From: an uncultured Gemmatimonadales bacterium | GTDB taxonomy: Bacteria; Gemmatimonadota; Gemmatimonadetes; Longimicrobiales; RSA9 | DNA: 64,000 bases | Direction: 5' to 3' | Assembly: GCA_963708135.1 (NCBI GenBank) | Contig: OY970192.1 | Coordinates: 928,001 to 992,000 of the forward strand | Shown here: positions 28,612-38,794 of the stretch, in pieces | How positions within the stretch are numbered: the first letter of the stretch is position 1 | Layout of the letters: each line of letters opens with the position of its first letter | Notes under the pieces: generated by a model | What the model saw: only the letters and a program-made list of their open reading frames with translations | Told to the model about the DNA's origin: nothing | Database searches by the model: none | Position numbers and translations under genes: made by a program

Positions 28612-29691
28612 TCATGCGATCCGACCCCCGCCGACCACCTCGTCCTCGCGGTAGACCACCCCGGACTGGCCCGGCGTAACGGCGCGCTGGGGCGCGTCGA
28701 GCGTGAAGCGGGCCTCGTCGCCCGAGAGCGCCTCCACCGTGGCCGGCACGGCACGGGCGCGGTGGCGCAGCTGGAGCAGGATGCGCTCGCCGGGAGCCGG
28801 TGGCGGAGCCAGCCAGTTGAGGTCGCGCACGGCGACGCCCTGCCGCCCCAGCGCCTCCACCCCGCCTACCACCACCTCGTTCCGCTCCGGCACCACGCCC
28901 AGCACGTAGAGCGGGCGTCCCCGCCCGCCGCCCAGCCCCTTCCGCTGGCCCACCGTGTAGCGAGCATAGCCGGCGTGCTCGCCGACCACGGCGCCGTCAC
29001 GCGAGACCACGGGGCCGGGGCGGAGGGAGGGGTGGTCGGGGCCGAGGCGCCGCTCGAGCAGGTCGCCGTAGTCGCCGGTCGGCACGAAGCAGATCTCCTG
29101 CGACTCGGGCTTGTCGGCGGTCGAGAGGCCGAGCGAGCGCGCTCTCTCCCGCACCTCCGGCTTCGTCAGGGCGCCTACGGGAAAGCGCAGATACGGCAGC
29201 ACGGCGCGGGGCACGCCCCAGAGGAAGTAGCTCTGGTCCTTGGCGCGGTCGAGGCCCCGGCGCAGGCGCGGCGTGCCGTCGCCGCCCTCGGCCACCCGGG
29301 CGTAGTGGCCCGTGGCGATCGCGTTCGCGCCGAGCATGCGGCCGCGCCGCAACAGGTCCGGGATCTTCGTGTTGGAGTTGCAGCGCACGCACGGGTTCGG
29401 CGTGCGCCCCGCGGCGTACTCGGCCACGAAGTCGTCGATTACGGCCCGCGTGAACGCCTCTTCCACGTCGAAGACGTAGTGCGGGATGCCCAGGCGGTCG
29501 CACACCCGGCGGGCATCCATGATCCCGTCCAGACCGCAGCACGTCCGGGAATGCGCCGGCGTCTCCGAGTAGCAGAAGGTCTTCATCGTCGCGCCGACGA
29601 CGCGGTGCCCCGTCTCCACCAGGAGTGCCGCCGCCACCGAGGAGTCCACGCCCCCGCTCATCGCCACGAGCACCGTGTCCGGCGCGCTCAC
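28612..29691 (-). CDS. mnmA: tRNA 2-thiouridylase MnmA (CxxC type)
   Basis: VAMSGGVDSS, TPNPCVRCN, ATGHYAR, KDQSYFL, ESQEICF, YTVGQRKGLG, TPGQ. Confidence 0.95.
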   Translation of the reverse strand: MSAPDTVLVAMSGGVDSSVAAALLVETGHRVVGATMKTFCYSETPAHSRTCCGLDGIMDARRVCDRLGIPHYVFDVEEAFTRAVIDDFVAEYAAGRTPNPCVRCNSNTKIPDLLRRGRMLGANAIATGHYARVAEGGDGTPRLRRGLDRAKDQSYFLWGVPRAVLPYLRFPVGALTKPEVRERARSLGLSTADKPESQEICFVPTGDYGDLLERRLGPDHPSLRPGPVVSRDGAVVGEHAGYARYTVGQRKGLGGGRGRPLYVLGVVPERNEVVVGGVEALGRQGVAVRDLNWLAPPPAPGERILLQLRHRARAVPATVEALSGDEARFTLDAPQRAVTPGQSGVVYREDEVVGGGRIA

Positions 29692-29740
29692 CCGCCGCCT
29701 CCCGCCCTGGCCCGCATCGCGGGCGCGGCCGCCATCGCCC

Positions 29741-30907
29741 TCAAAAGATCCCTGCCGCCGCGCGCACCCGCTCGACCACCTTCGGGACGAGCGCGGCCGC
29801 CCGCTCGATCTCCTCCTCCGTCGTCGTCCAGCCGAGCGAGAAGCGCACCGAGGCCTCCCCACGCACCGCCCGCCCGAGGGCCACCAGCACGTGACTCGGC
29901 TCTACGGCCCCGCTCTGGCACGCCGAGCCCGTGGACGCCGCGATCCCCTCCAGGTCGAGCGACATGATCAGCGCGTCCTGGTCCGCGTCCGGCACGGAGA
30001 CGTTCAGCGTTTGCGGCAGCCGCGCCGCGCCGCCACCGTTCACCACCAGCCCCGCCACGCCGGCCTCGAGCCCGGCCTGCAGACGGTCCCGCAGCTCCGC
30101 CAGGCGACGCTCCTCCCGCGCCTGCGTGCCCACCGCCAGCTCCGCCGCGGTCGCCAGACCCACGGCGGCCGCCACGTTCTCCGTCCCCGGCCTGAGCCCC
30201 CGCTGCTGGCTGCCGCCGTGCGTGAGCGGCTCCAGCGCCGTGCCGTCGCGGACGTACAGTGCCCCCACGCCCTTCGGGCCGCCCAGCTTGTGGCCGCTCA
30301 CCGACAGCAGGTCGCAGCCGGCCTCGTCCACCCGCACCCGCACCTTCCCGAACGCCTGCACCGCATCCGTGTGGAAGGGCACGCCCGCCGAGCGGCAGCG
30401 CGCGGCCAGCTCCGCCACCGGCTGGACCGTGCCCACCTCGTTGTTGCCCCACATCACCGACACCACCGCGGGCGCCGCCGCCAGCGCCTCATCGAGCGCT
30501 CCCGGATCCACGCGGCCCTCCGAATCGACACCCAGGAGGATCCGCTCCGCGCCTTCCCGCGCGGCCGCCTCCGCAGCCGCCAGCACCGCCTTGTGCTCGA
30601 TCGCCGAGCACACCACCGCACCCGCCGCCCCTCCGCCCGCCGCCGCCCGCGCGGCACGCCACGAGCCGAGCACCGCCAGGTTGTCCGCCTCCGTGCCCCC
30701 GCCCGTGAAGACGATCTCCCCGCGCTTCGCCCCGAGCGCCGCCGCCAGCCGCTCGCGCGCCTCTTCCAGCGCCCCGCGCGCCTCACGGCCCCACCGGTGC
30801 ACGCTCGACGGATTGCCGAACCGCGCGCTCGCATACGGCGCCATCACGCGCACCACCTCCGGCCGCATCGGAGTCGTCGCCGCATGGTCCAGATAAATCG
30901 CCTCCAT
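29741..30907 (-). CDS. iscS: Cysteine desulfurase (IscS/NifS group I)
   Basis: IYLDHAATTP, GNPSS, NNEVGTVQP, HTDAVQ, SGHKLGGPKG, STGSACQS. Confidence 0.92.
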   Translation of the reverse strand: MEAIYLDHAATTPMRPEVVRVMAPYASARFGNPSSVHRWGREARGALEEARERLAAALGAKRGEIVFTGGGTEADNLAVLGSWRAARAAAGGGAAGAVVCSAIEHKAVLAAAEAAAREGAERILLGVDSEGRVDPGALDEALAAAPAVVSVMWGNNEVGTVQPVAELAARCRSAGVPFHTDAVQAFGKVRVRVDEAGCDLLSVSGHKLGGPKGVGALYVRDGTALEPLTHGGSQQRGLRPGTENVAAAVGLATAAELAVGTQAREERRLAELRDRLQAGLEAGVAGLVVNGGGAARLPQTLNVSVPDADQDALIMSLDLEGIAASTGSACQSGAVEPSHVLVALGRAVRGEASVRFSLGWTTTEEEIERAAALVPKVVERVRAAAGIF

Positions 30908-31052
30908 ACCCGCCTCCATCGCTCCGTTCAATCCGCAGGAAGCTGATAACCTCAACGCCCGCAATGGATCCGGCCACGAGATGCTGGACCGCCGCCGCCC
31001 TGTTCGCTAACATACCATGCGCGATCTCTTCGCTCTACCATAACGGAGACGA

Positions 31053-31391
31053 ATGCGCCGCACGCGCCCCCCGTTCCCCGACCATCGACCGCCTCGCTTC
31101 CGCGCCACCGTCCACGGTACGGTCTTCGCCCGAAGGACCGAGTGCGTCGATGCCCTGAGCGAGGGCGACGAGCTGCTCCTCCTGCCCGGCGTCCCCCTCG
31201 ACGACGAGCCCGGCGTCTGGGTCCACCTCCGCGATGGCGACCTCGTCGGACACCTGCCTCCGGAGATCGAGCACTGGCTCGCGCCCTGGCTCCTCCGCGG
31301 CGGCTGCGCCGTCGCCCGCGCCGTCCACGTCTCCGGCGCCGAGGTGCCCAGTTGGAGGCGCCTGGTCATCGAGGTGGACTGCGGCGCCTAG
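31053..31391 (+). CDS. Stand-alone HIRAN-domain-like protein
   Basis: GGAG SD; VHGTVF, LSEGDELLL, VWVH...VGHLP...LAPWL pattern of the HIRAN beta-barrel. Confidence 0.6.
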   Translation: MRRTRPPFPDHRPPRFRATVHGTVFARRTECVDALSEGDELLLLPGVPLDDEPGVWVHLRDGDLVGHLPPEIEHWLAPWLLRGGCAVARAVHVSGAEVPSWRRLVIEVDCGA

Positions 31392-31444
31392 CGCCCCAGC
31401 GCTTCGTTCCCCCCGAGTCCCGAATCCCGCCAGTCGCCCCTGTT

Positions 31445-31484
31445 GAGACATTCCCCGGACATGGATGGGACATGAGTGGGACAA
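31445..31484. repeat. Four GACA(T) boxes at exact 11-bp spacing
   Basis: GACA at 31447, 31458, 31469 and 31480 (GAGACAT, CGGACAT, GGGACAT, GGGACAA). Confidence 0.8.
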
Positions 31485-31568
31485 ACGGGCCTCGGCCGTG
31501 CCGTTGAGGAGGAGGCGTAAGTGTTGTTGCGCAACGGCTCGCGCGCGCGGCCCGGGGCGCGTGGCGGC

Positions 31569-31584
31569 CGGACCGCCTCTTGCC
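31569..31584 (+). promoter_or_regulatory. sigma54-like promoter with no downstream ORF
   Basis: CGGACCGCCTCTTGCC: GG at 31570-71 and TTGC with GC at 31582-83, the 12-bp -24/-12 spacing. Confidence 0.4.
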
Positions 31585-31594
31585 TGTCGCTAGC

Positions 31595-31793
31595 CCCGGC
31601 CGGAGCCGCTGCGATGCTACCCGCCTCCCGGAAGGGACAGACGTCTCACCGGATCCGCGCTCTCGGTACGGTGGCTGCCCACCCACGAAACCCACCTCGG
31701 CCCCGAGGGCGTGGAGCCCACACGCTGATCCGGCACAGCCGCGCCGGAGACCAGGAGCCGGCCCGGATGATCCACCCGGGCCGGCTCCTGGTC
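31595..31793 (+). ncRNA. Candidate structured small RNA
   Basis: No plausible ORF; CCGGATC/GATCCGG closes three hairpins, followed by an 18-bp perfect stem. Confidence 0.35.
31749..31793. terminator. 18-bp perfect inverted repeat downstream of bshB1 (terminator-like, no U-tract)
   Basis: GACCAGGAGCCGGCCCGG-N9-CCGGGCCGGCTCCTGGTC. Confidence 0.6.
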
Positions 31794-31814
31794 ATCGAGG
31801 GGCGCGGTGCGCCC

Positions 31815-32606
31815 TCAGATGCTGTTGACGTCGAGGGCGACGGGATCGTCGACGCGCAGGGTCTCGCGCATCCAGAGGGGTTCGCCGTACGGACGGCGGA
31901 TGAGCGAGCCGTAGTGGGCGGCGTGGGCGAGGATCTGCTCGCGCAGCGGGCGCTCACCGCCGCCGAAGATCTCGCCCATCGCGGTCTTCCCCTCGAATTG
32001 CGAGCCGTAGGCGAAGATCGCGTCGAGCTTCCGCTCGATCTGCGCGGTGATGTCGACGACGAAGCTGGGGCGGAGCGCGTCCTCCCGGTAGGCAACGGCG
32101 TAAAGGACCTTGTGGGGTCGGTGGGGCTCACCGTCGAGGCGGGCGTTGCGGAGTCCGGCGGTGAAGCAGGCATCGTAGCCGAGGCGGCTGGCGGCGCGGT
32201 GGTCGGGGTGGCGGCCCTCGCGCCACTGGAGGATCACCGTGCGCGGGCGCAGAGCCCGGATGTGGCCAGCCACGACGTCGCGCATGTTGGGAGACGGCTC
32301 GAGCCGGCCATCGGGCAGTCCCGCGGAGCGACGCACGGCGAGGCCGAGGATCTCGCTCGCCCGCCGGGCCTCCGCCGCGCGCTGGTCCGGTGATCCCCAG
32401 GTCCCCATCTCGCCAGCGGTCAGGTCCAGGACGCCGGTGCGGTAGCCCAGGTCGGCGGCGCGCGCCAGCGTGCCGCCGCAGAGCAGCTCGGCGTCGTCGG
32501 GGTGCGCCATGATGGCGAGGAGGTCGATGGCCTCGGGTGGCGGAGGGTCGGGAGACGTGCGCTCGTCCGCCTCTCCCCGATCCCTGCGCGGCGCCTCGGC
32601 GCTCAC
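31815..32606 (-). CDS. bshB1: Bacillithiol biosynthesis deacetylase BshB1 (PIG-L family)
   Basis: AHPDDAELLCGGTL, DLTAGEMGT, RHPDH, FVVDIT, YGSQF; GTGA overlap with the permease stop. Confidence 0.85.
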   Translation of the reverse strand: MSAEAPRRDRGEADERTSPDPPPPEAIDLLAIMAHPDDAELLCGGTLARAADLGYRTGVLDLTAGEMGTWGSPDQRAAEARRASEILGLAVRRSAGLPDGRLEPSPNMRDVVAGHIRALRPRTVILQWREGRHPDHRAASRLGYDACFTAGLRNARLDGEPHRPHKVLYAVAYREDALRPSFVVDITAQIERKLDAIFAYGSQFEGKTAMGEIFGGGERPLREQILAHAAHYGSLIRRPYGEPLWMRETLRVDDPVALDVNSI

Positions 32607-33835
32607 TCGTACCGCAGGGCGACGACGGGATCCATCTTGGAGGCGCGCCACGCCGGCCAGAGCCCGAAGAGCACGCCGGCCACGGCGGCCATGACGAGCG
32701 CGGCGATGACGGCGCCGAACGGCACCCGCGCCGGGATCGGCGTCAAGCCATTGATCAGCGCGGCGCCCGCGCCACCGAGGAGCATGCCGACGCCGGCGCC
32801 GATCACGGTGACGGTGACCGCCTCGATGAGGAACTGCCAGAGGATCTCGCGGCGGGTGGCGCCGAGCGCCTTCCGGATGCCGATCTCCCGGGTGCGCTCT
32901 GTCACGGCGATCATCATGATGGCGATGACGCCCACGCCGCCCACCATGAGGCCGACGGACGAGAGCGCGATCATGACCAGGAAGAAGATGCCAGTGATCT
33001 TGTTGAAGGTCTTGACCGCCTCCTCCTGCCGCATGACGGCGAAGTCGTTCTCCTGGCCCGGCCTCAGCCCGCGCGTGCTGCGCAGCGTGGTGATCACCTG
33101 ATCCATGGCGGCGTCCTGCGTCACGCCGGCCGCGGGGACGGCGAAGATGATCAGCATCTCGCGGTCGGCGTCCAGGTACTTGAGCGCGGATGTGTAGGGC
33201 GTCAGGACCAGGTGCTTGGCGGCCTCCGCGAAGATGTTCTCGTCCATCCGGTAGACGCCGATGATCTCGAACGACTGGCCGCGCAGCCGCACGCGCCGGC
33301 CGATCGGATCGAGGTGGCCGAAGAGGTCGACGGCCAGCTTGTCCGTGATCACCGCCACGGCGCGGGACGCCGCCACGTCGGACGGGAGGAAGTCGTGGCC
33401 CTCCGTGAACGTGCCGCCGTTGAACAGGCTCCAGCCGGCGCCGCGGCCGGCGATCTGCACGTTCTCGATCCGATTGCCCCCGTACGCCATGTCGCCGCTC
33501 GCGTTCACCCCCGGAATCGCCGTCCGCAGGCCGCTCAGGGCGGCGATGCGGGTGGCCTCTTCGGGCGTGACGCGCGGGTTCCTGCCCCAGGGCGGCCCCT
33601 GGGAGTTGATGCGCGGCGCGTAGAAGTCGAAGCGGGCGATCATGAAGTTGTTCGGCCCGGCCGCCTGGATCCCGGAGAGCACGCTGGTCCGGACGCCCGA
33701 GATCATGGCGCTCATCGCCATGACCGTGGCCACGCCGACCACGAGCCCGAGGATGGTCAGGAGCGAGCGGCCCTTGTTGGCCCGCAGCTGGTCGAACGCG
33801 AGGCGGGCGCCTTCCCCCAGGTTCTCGAGGCGCAT
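32603..33835 (-). CDS. MacB/FtsX-type ABC permease
   Basis: RSLLTILG, VGGVGVIAIMMIAVTERTREIGIRKALGA, MDPVVALRYE. Confidence 0.92.
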   Translation of the reverse strand: MRLENLGEGARLAFDQLRANKGRSLLTILGLVVGVATVMAMSAMISGVRTSVLSGIQAAGPNNFMIARFDFYAPRINSQGPPWGRNPRVTPEEATRIAALSGLRTAIPGVNASGDMAYGGNRIENVQIAGRGAGWSLFNGGTFTEGHDFLPSDVAASRAVAVITDKLAVDLFGHLDPIGRRVRLRGQSFEIIGVYRMDENIFAEAAKHLVLTPYTSALKYLDADREMLIIFAVPAAGVTQDAAMDQVITTLRSTRGLRPGQENDFAVMRQEEAVKTFNKITGIFFLVMIALSSVGLMVGGVGVIAIMMIAVTERTREIGIRKALGATRREILWQFLIEAVTVTVIGAGVGMLLGGAGAALINGLTPIPARVPFGAVIAALVMAAVAGVLFGLWPAWRASKMDPVVALRYE

Positions 33836-33838
33836 CGG

Positions 33839-35080
33839 CTACTCGTGCCCGAGGGCGACGACGGGATCCATCCGCGCCGCGCGGTTGGCGGGGTAAATCC
33901 CGGCGATCACGCCGACGCTCGTGCCCATGAGCGTGGCCACGCCGATCCAGAGCGGCGAGATCGCCGCCGGCAGCGGCGAGACCGCGCGAACGATGAGGGC
34001 GAGAACGATCCCGATGCCGATACCGATCGCCGCGCCCATCCCGGACAGGGTGGCGCTCTCGACCAGGACCTGGAGCACGATGTCGCGGCTGCGGGCGCCG
34101 AGCGCCTTGCGGATCCCGATCTCGCGCGTGCGCTCCGCCACCGACATGAGCATGATGTTCATGATGACCATGCCGCCGACGACCAGCGCGATCGCCACCA
34201 GGCCGGGGAAGGCGATGAAGAGGATCCGGCTGATCTTGGTCCAGAAGCTCATCGAGTCCTCGGCCGTCTCCAGCTCGAAGTTGTTCGGCTGCGTCGGGCG
34301 CAGGCGGTGCCGCACTCGCATGATCGCCTCGGCCTCCGTCCGGATCTGCGGGAGCGCCTCCGGATTCTCGCCGCGCAGCAGGATGTTGTCCACGTAGCCG
34401 TGCGGGCTGACCAGCCGGGCCATCGGCGAGGTGGCCGGCGCCACGGCGCGGTTGTCCAGCGACATCCCGAACAGCGAGCCCTGCTTCTTCAGCACGCCCA
34501 CTACGCGGAACGGCAGGCCGTTGACCTTCACGGTGCGCCCGATCGGGTCGAGCGTGCCGAACAGCTTGTCCGCCGCGTCGTAGCCGAGCACCACCACGCT
34601 CGCGCCGGCGCGGTCCTCCGGCGCCGTGTAGAGCCGGCCCTTGACCACCTCATAGTCGCGGATCCGGAAGTAGTCCGCGGAGGCGCCCGTCACCCAGACA
34701 TTGTCGAGCTGCGTGCCGTCCGGGCCGACGATGCTGCCGCCGTTGTCGCTCTCGACTGCGACCAGCACGGGCGTCTCGATCTCGTCGTGCAGCGCGCGCG
34801 CATCGGCAAACGTGAGGCGGGGCCGGCGGTTGTAGGCGCGCCAGGTCGCCGGCGTGTCGTTGATGTTGACGGACGGGGTGCGCTTGACCGCCACCGTGTT
34901 CAGGCCGTAGACGACCTTCGCGAAGTCCTCCTTCATGTACCGGTTCATCCCCTCGACCACGCTGACCACCGTGATGAGGAACATCACCCCGATGATCACG
35001 CCGATCACGGCGAAGAAGCTCTTCAGCTTCTGCGACCGGATCTGGCCGAGGGCGAGCAGGATGCCTTCGCGCAGGTTCAT
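33839..35080 (-). CDS. MacB/FtsX-type ABC permease (second paralog)
   Basis: VGGMVIMNIMLMSVAERTREIGIRKALGA, YPANRAARMDPVVAL. Confidence 0.92.
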   Translation of the reverse strand: MNLREGILLALGQIRSQKLKSFFAVIGVIIGVMFLITVVSVVEGMNRYMKEDFAKVVYGLNTVAVKRTPSVNINDTPATWRAYNRRPRLTFADARALHDEIETPVLVAVESDNGGSIVGPDGTQLDNVWVTGASADYFRIRDYEVVKGRLYTAPEDRAGASVVVLGYDAADKLFGTLDPIGRTVKVNGLPFRVVGVLKKQGSLFGMSLDNRAVAPATSPMARLVSPHGYVDNILLRGENPEALPQIRTEAEAIMRVRHRLRPTQPNNFELETAEDSMSFWTKISRILFIAFPGLVAIALVVGGMVIMNIMLMSVAERTREIGIRKALGARSRDIVLQVLVESATLSGMGAAIGIGIGIVLALIVRAVSPLPAAISPLWIGVATLMGTSVGVIAGIYPANRAARMDPVVALGHE

Positions 35081-35088
35081 GGCGCGCT

Positions 35089-35796
35089 TCAGTCCCCGAC
35101 GGCGGCCATCCGGCCGACGTCGCTGGCGATGATGCCGTCGCGCAGCGTTACCGTGCGCTGCGCGTGCGCGGCGATGTCGTGCTCGTGGGTGACCAGCACG
35201 ATCGTCTGGCCGCCGTCGTGCAGCTCGGAGAACAGCGCCATGATCTCCTCGCTCGTCTGACTGTCCAGGTTCCCCGTCGGCTCGTCCGCCAGCAGCAGCG
35301 CCGGACCGTTGATCAGCGCGCGCGCCACCGCCACCCGCTGGCGCTGCCCGCCCGAAAGCTCCGTGGGCCGGTGCGTCATGCGGTCGCCGAGCCCCACCTT
35401 CTCCAGCATCTGCTCCGCGCGCGCCCGGCGCTCCTTCGCGCTCGCTCCCGCGTAGATCAGCGGCAGCTCCACGTTGTGCAGCGCCGTGGCCCGCGGCAGC
35501 AGGTTGAAGGTCTGGAACACGAAGCCGATCTCGCGGTTGCGCACGCGCGCCAGCTCGTCGTCGCTGAGCCGCGCCACGGGCTGCCCGTTCAGCCAGTACT
35601 CGCCCGCGGTCGGCGTGTCCAGGCAGCCGATCAGGTTCATGAGCGTCGACTTGCCCGAGCCCGACGGGCCCATGATCGCCACGTACTCGTTGCGGGCCAC
35701 CACCAGGTCCACGCCCCGCAGCGCGTGGACGGTCTCGGCCCCGAGCACGTAGTCCTTGCTCAGCCTCTCGGTCCGGATGACGTCCGGCCCGCTCAC
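35089..35796 (-). CDS. ABC ATP-binding protein (MacB/LolD-like)
   Basis: [39 protein letters not shown]. Confidence 0.95.
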   Translation of the reverse strand: MSGPDVIRTERLSKDYVLGAETVHALRGVDLVVARNEYVAIMGPSGSGKSTLMNLIGCLDTPTAGEYWLNGQPVARLSDDELARVRNREIGFVFQTFNLLPRATALHNVELPLIYAGASAKERRARAEQMLEKVGLGDRMTHRPTELSGGQRQRVAVARALINGPALLLADEPTGNLDSQTSEEIMALFSELHDGGQTIVLVTHEHDIAAHAQRTVTLRDGIIASDVGRMAAVGD

Positions 35797-37103
35797 TGGA
35801 CGCTCTCCGTAGGGGCGCCCGGACCCTTCCGCGCCGGCGGGGCCATGTGCTTGACCGGCTTGCCGTCCTCCAGCGTGCGGATCGTCTCGTACGGCCCTGC
35901 CACGACGGAGTCGCCCTCCGCGACGCCGCTCAGGACCTCGAACTGCTCCTTGCCGGCGATGCCGACCTTCACGGGCACGAAGTGCGCCTTGCCCGCCTTG
36001 ACGACGAAGACCCCCTCCTGGTCCTTGCTGCTCTCCGCCTGCGCCTGCTCCGCGGCCGCGCTGGCCTGCGGGCTCTCCTGCGGCAGCGCCTTCAGGCTGT
36101 CCCGCTCCCGCACCGTCAGCGCGATGATCGGAATCGTCAGTGCGTCCTTGCGCGTGGCCGTCACCACATCGGCGGTCGCCGAGAGGTCCGGCCGCAGCGT
36201 GGCAGGCGGGTTGTCCAGCTTGATGACGACCTCGAAGTCCACGGCCTGCTGCTGGCTCGCGCTCACGTTCGTGGCGTCGTCCTGGGACTGCACCGCGCTG
36301 TGCGCGATCTCGCTGACCCGTCCCGTGAAGGTGCGGTGCGGGAACGCGTCGATGCTGACCGAGGCGCTGTCGCCGAGGTGGATCTCCGGGACGTCCGTCT
36401 CATCCACGCGGATGACGGCCTCCATGTCCGAGAGGTCGCTCACCGTGAGCAGCAGGCTGCGCGGGTTGTTCATCGTGCCGACGATCGCCATCTCCCCGAC
36501 ATCGACGTTGCGGCGCGTGATGACGCCGTTCATCGGGGAACGGATCACCGTCTTGGCGAGGTCGTTCTCCGCGGCGGCGAGAGAGGCGCGTGCCTGCGCG
36601 ACGCCGTACTTGGCCGCGGCCTCCAGCTCCTGCTGCACCTTGAGCGCGGTCTGGGCGTCCTCGAGCTGCTGCCGACTCACGAGCATCGAGTCCCGCGTCG
36701 CCATCTCCTGGTTGCGCTGCAGCGCGCGCTGCGCCTGGAGCACGTTGGCCTGTGTCTGCGCCTCCTGCGCCAGCGCCTGGCTCACCGCCGCGCGCGCGCG
36801 GGCGACGGCGGCCTCGTACTGCGTCGGATCGATGCGCAGCAGGACGTCGCCCTTGTGCACCGGGGCGCCCTCCCTGACCTGCAGCGCGGTCACGCGCCCC
36901 ATGATGTCCGACTGCACGTCCACCTTGCGGTGGGGCCGCACCCAGCCGCTCGCCGTCACCGTGGCGGTGAGGTTCTCCCGTTTCACCGGCTCGATGCGCA
37001 CGGCGACGGCGCCCCGCCGGCTCGCGGAGATGCTGACCGCCGCCCCCGCGATGACGACCGCCAGGATTCCGACGCCGGCGCCGACCTTGGCCTTTCGGTT
37101 CAT
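35793..37103 (-). CDS. Periplasmic adaptor (MacA-like membrane fusion protein)
   Basis: N-terminal TM, lipoyl halves [11 protein letters not shown] / [24 protein letters not shown]. Confidence 0.9.
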   Translation of the reverse strand: MNRKAKVGAGVGILAVVIAGAAVSISASRRGAVAVRIEPVKRENLTATVTASGWVRPHRKVDVQSDIMGRVTALQVREGAPVHKGDVLLRIDPTQYEAAVARARAAVSQALAQEAQTQANVLQAQRALQRNQEMATRDSMLVSRQQLEDAQTALKVQQELEAAAKYGVAQARASLAAAENDLAKTVIRSPMNGVITRRNVDVGEMAIVGTMNNPRSLLLTVSDLSDMEAVIRVDETDVPEIHLGDSASVSIDAFPHRTFTGRVSEIAHSAVQSQDDATNVSASQQQAVDFEVVIKLDNPPATLRPDLSATADVVTATRKDALTIPIIALTVRERDSLKALPQESPQASAAAEQAQAESSKDQEGVFVVKAGKAHFVPVKVGIAGKEQFEVLSGVAEGDSVVAGPYETIRTLEDGKPVKHMAPPARKGPGAPTESVQ

Positions 37104-37106
37104 GAC

Positions 37107-38702
37107 TCAGTGTCCTTCCGTATTCGTGCGCAGCCTCTGGCCGACGGCGTTCTCCAGGTCGGCGAGGTCCTGGTGATAGGAGTAGGTGGCGTCCAGGTAG
37201 GCCTGGTCCGCCTTGGCCTTGAGCGTCTCCGCCTGCTGCAGCTGCAGGAAGTTGGAGCTGCCCACGCTATAGCGCTCGCGCTCGAGCTTGAGCTGCTCGC
37301 CCGCGACCTCCCGGTTGCGCGCCTCGATCCCGACCGTCTGGCGCGCCGTCTCCAGCGCCCGGAAGGCCGAGGCCACGGCCGTCCGGATCTTCAGCTCCTC
37401 CGAGCGCACCTTCTCTTTCGCGTCCTGCTCCTGGACGTGCGCCTGCTCGAGCTGCCGCTCGCGCGTGAACCCGCTGAAGATTGGCAGGCTGATGCTGAGC
37501 TGCGCGAACATCGGCTGCTTCGAGTAGTTGAACGGGAACGCCCGGTTGCCCGCGAGGATCTGCTGCTCCTGCGCCGGCGTCAGGGCGAGCGCGGTGCAGT
37601 CCGCCGGCGTGCCCTCCAGCGGCGAGGACAGCCCGGCCGAGATCTCGTTCAGCAGGTTGCATTGCGAGATGCTGCTCTGGGCGGACTGCCGCGCCTGAGT
37701 CAACAGGTAGTCCTCGTTCGCCGCCTGCCGCGTGTTGCCACTCCAGCCCACGCTCATCTGGAGCGTCGGCAGGTAGCTCGTCTTGGCCGCCTTCACGCCC
37801 GCGCTGGCCGCGTTCCGCTGCGCCTTGACCGCCACGAGGGCGGGATGCTTCGACATCGCCGTCTGGACGAGCTGCTGCTCGGTCCAGGGCAGCGGCGCCA
37901 CCTCGAATGAGCTCACGAGCTGGACGTCCGCCGGCAGGTCGACACCCAGTTGCTGGGACAGGCGCAGGTGCTCCGTCTCGGCCGCGTTCCTGGCCTGGAG
38001 CAGCGCGACCTGCGCACGCCCGCGGTCCACCTCGGCCTGCTGCGCCTCGATCCGGATCGCGCTGCCGACCCTCACCCGCGCATCGGCCAGCTTGTAGTTC
38101 TCCTCCGCCTCGCGGAGCTGCTGCTCGGCCAGGTCCACCTGGTCCCGTGCCCGCAGCACGGCGAGGTACTGGCGCGTCACATCGCTCACCAGCTGGAACT
38201 CGGAGGCGTCGATGTTCGCCACCACCGCGCGCCGGTTGGCCTTCTGCTCTCCCGGCGCGAACAGGCTCGCTCCGCTGAGGGAATAGTTCAGACCGAACTG
38301 GTAGTTGGAGTAGTAGTAGGCCGGCGCCTTGGCGAAACCGAAGTCGCTCCCGGTGTAGATCCCGATCTGTGGCGTGCCGGACCCCTGGTACTGGAACGAC
38401 GTCGAGATGTTGGCGCCCGGCAGCAGCTTGCCGTACGCCTCGCGCACTGCCCAGTCGGCATCGGACTCGCCGTTCTTCGTGACCTGAAAGTCGGGGTTGT
38501 TCGCCCGCGCGAGGCGGATGGCCTCGGAAAGCGTCAGCGTCGCCTGCTGGGCCGCGGCCGAGTCCGCGTGCTGCGTCGCCGGCTGCTGGGCGACTCCGGG
38601 CGTCGCCGCCGCGGCGCACAGCGCCAGGATGAACGGCAGGCGCCGCGGCACGAAGGGGGAGCTCGACGAATGCACCGTTGCATCTCCTTGTATATGGATC
38701 AC
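37107..38702 (-). CDS. TolC-family outer membrane efflux protein (start uncertain)
   Basis: Signal peptide; LTLSEAIRLARANNP, two OEP repeats, ISLPIFSG, ERYSVG. Confidence 0.85.
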   Translation of the reverse strand: MIHIQGDATVHSSSSPFVPRRLPFILALCAAAATPGVAQQPATQHADSAAAQQATLTLSEAIRLARANNPDFQVTKNGESDADWAVREAYGKLLPGANISTSFQYQGSGTPQIGIYTGSDFGFAKAPAYYYSNYQFGLNYSLSGASLFAPGEQKANRRAVVANIDASEFQLVSDVTRQYLAVLRARDQVDLAEQQLREAEENYKLADARVRVGSAIRIEAQQAEVDRGRAQVALLQARNAAETEHLRLSQQLGVDLPADVQLVSSFEVAPLPWTEQQLVQTAMSKHPALVAVKAQRNAASAGVKAAKTSYLPTLQMSVGWSGNTRQAANEDYLLTQARQSAQSSISQCNLLNEISAGLSSPLEGTPADCTALALTPAQEQQILAGNRAFPFNYSKQPMFAQLSISLPIFSGFTRERQLEQAHVQEQDAKEKVRSEELKIRTAVASAFRALETARQTVGIEARNREVAGEQLKLERERYSVGSSNFLQLQQAETLKAKADQAYLDATYSYHQDLADLENAVGQRLRTNTEGH

Positions 38703-38723
38703 GGGCCCTGTTTTCAGGTCCCC

Positions 38724-38751
38724 TTACGGGCGCGGGGGGGGCACGGTTTCA
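38724..38751 (-). promoter_or_regulatory. ECF-sigma-like promoter of the TolC-MacAB operon
   Basis: Minus strand TGAAAC-N17-CGTAA. Confidence 0.5.
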
Positions 38752-38794
38752 GGGGAACTCGCCCGGCGCGCGCGCCCGGCACGCGCCCTCATCG

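Noticed and set aside
31521..32393. 290-aa plus-strand ORF across the candidate sRNA region
   Set aside because: Mostly antisense to bshB1, runs through an 18-bp hairpin and has no recognisable motif
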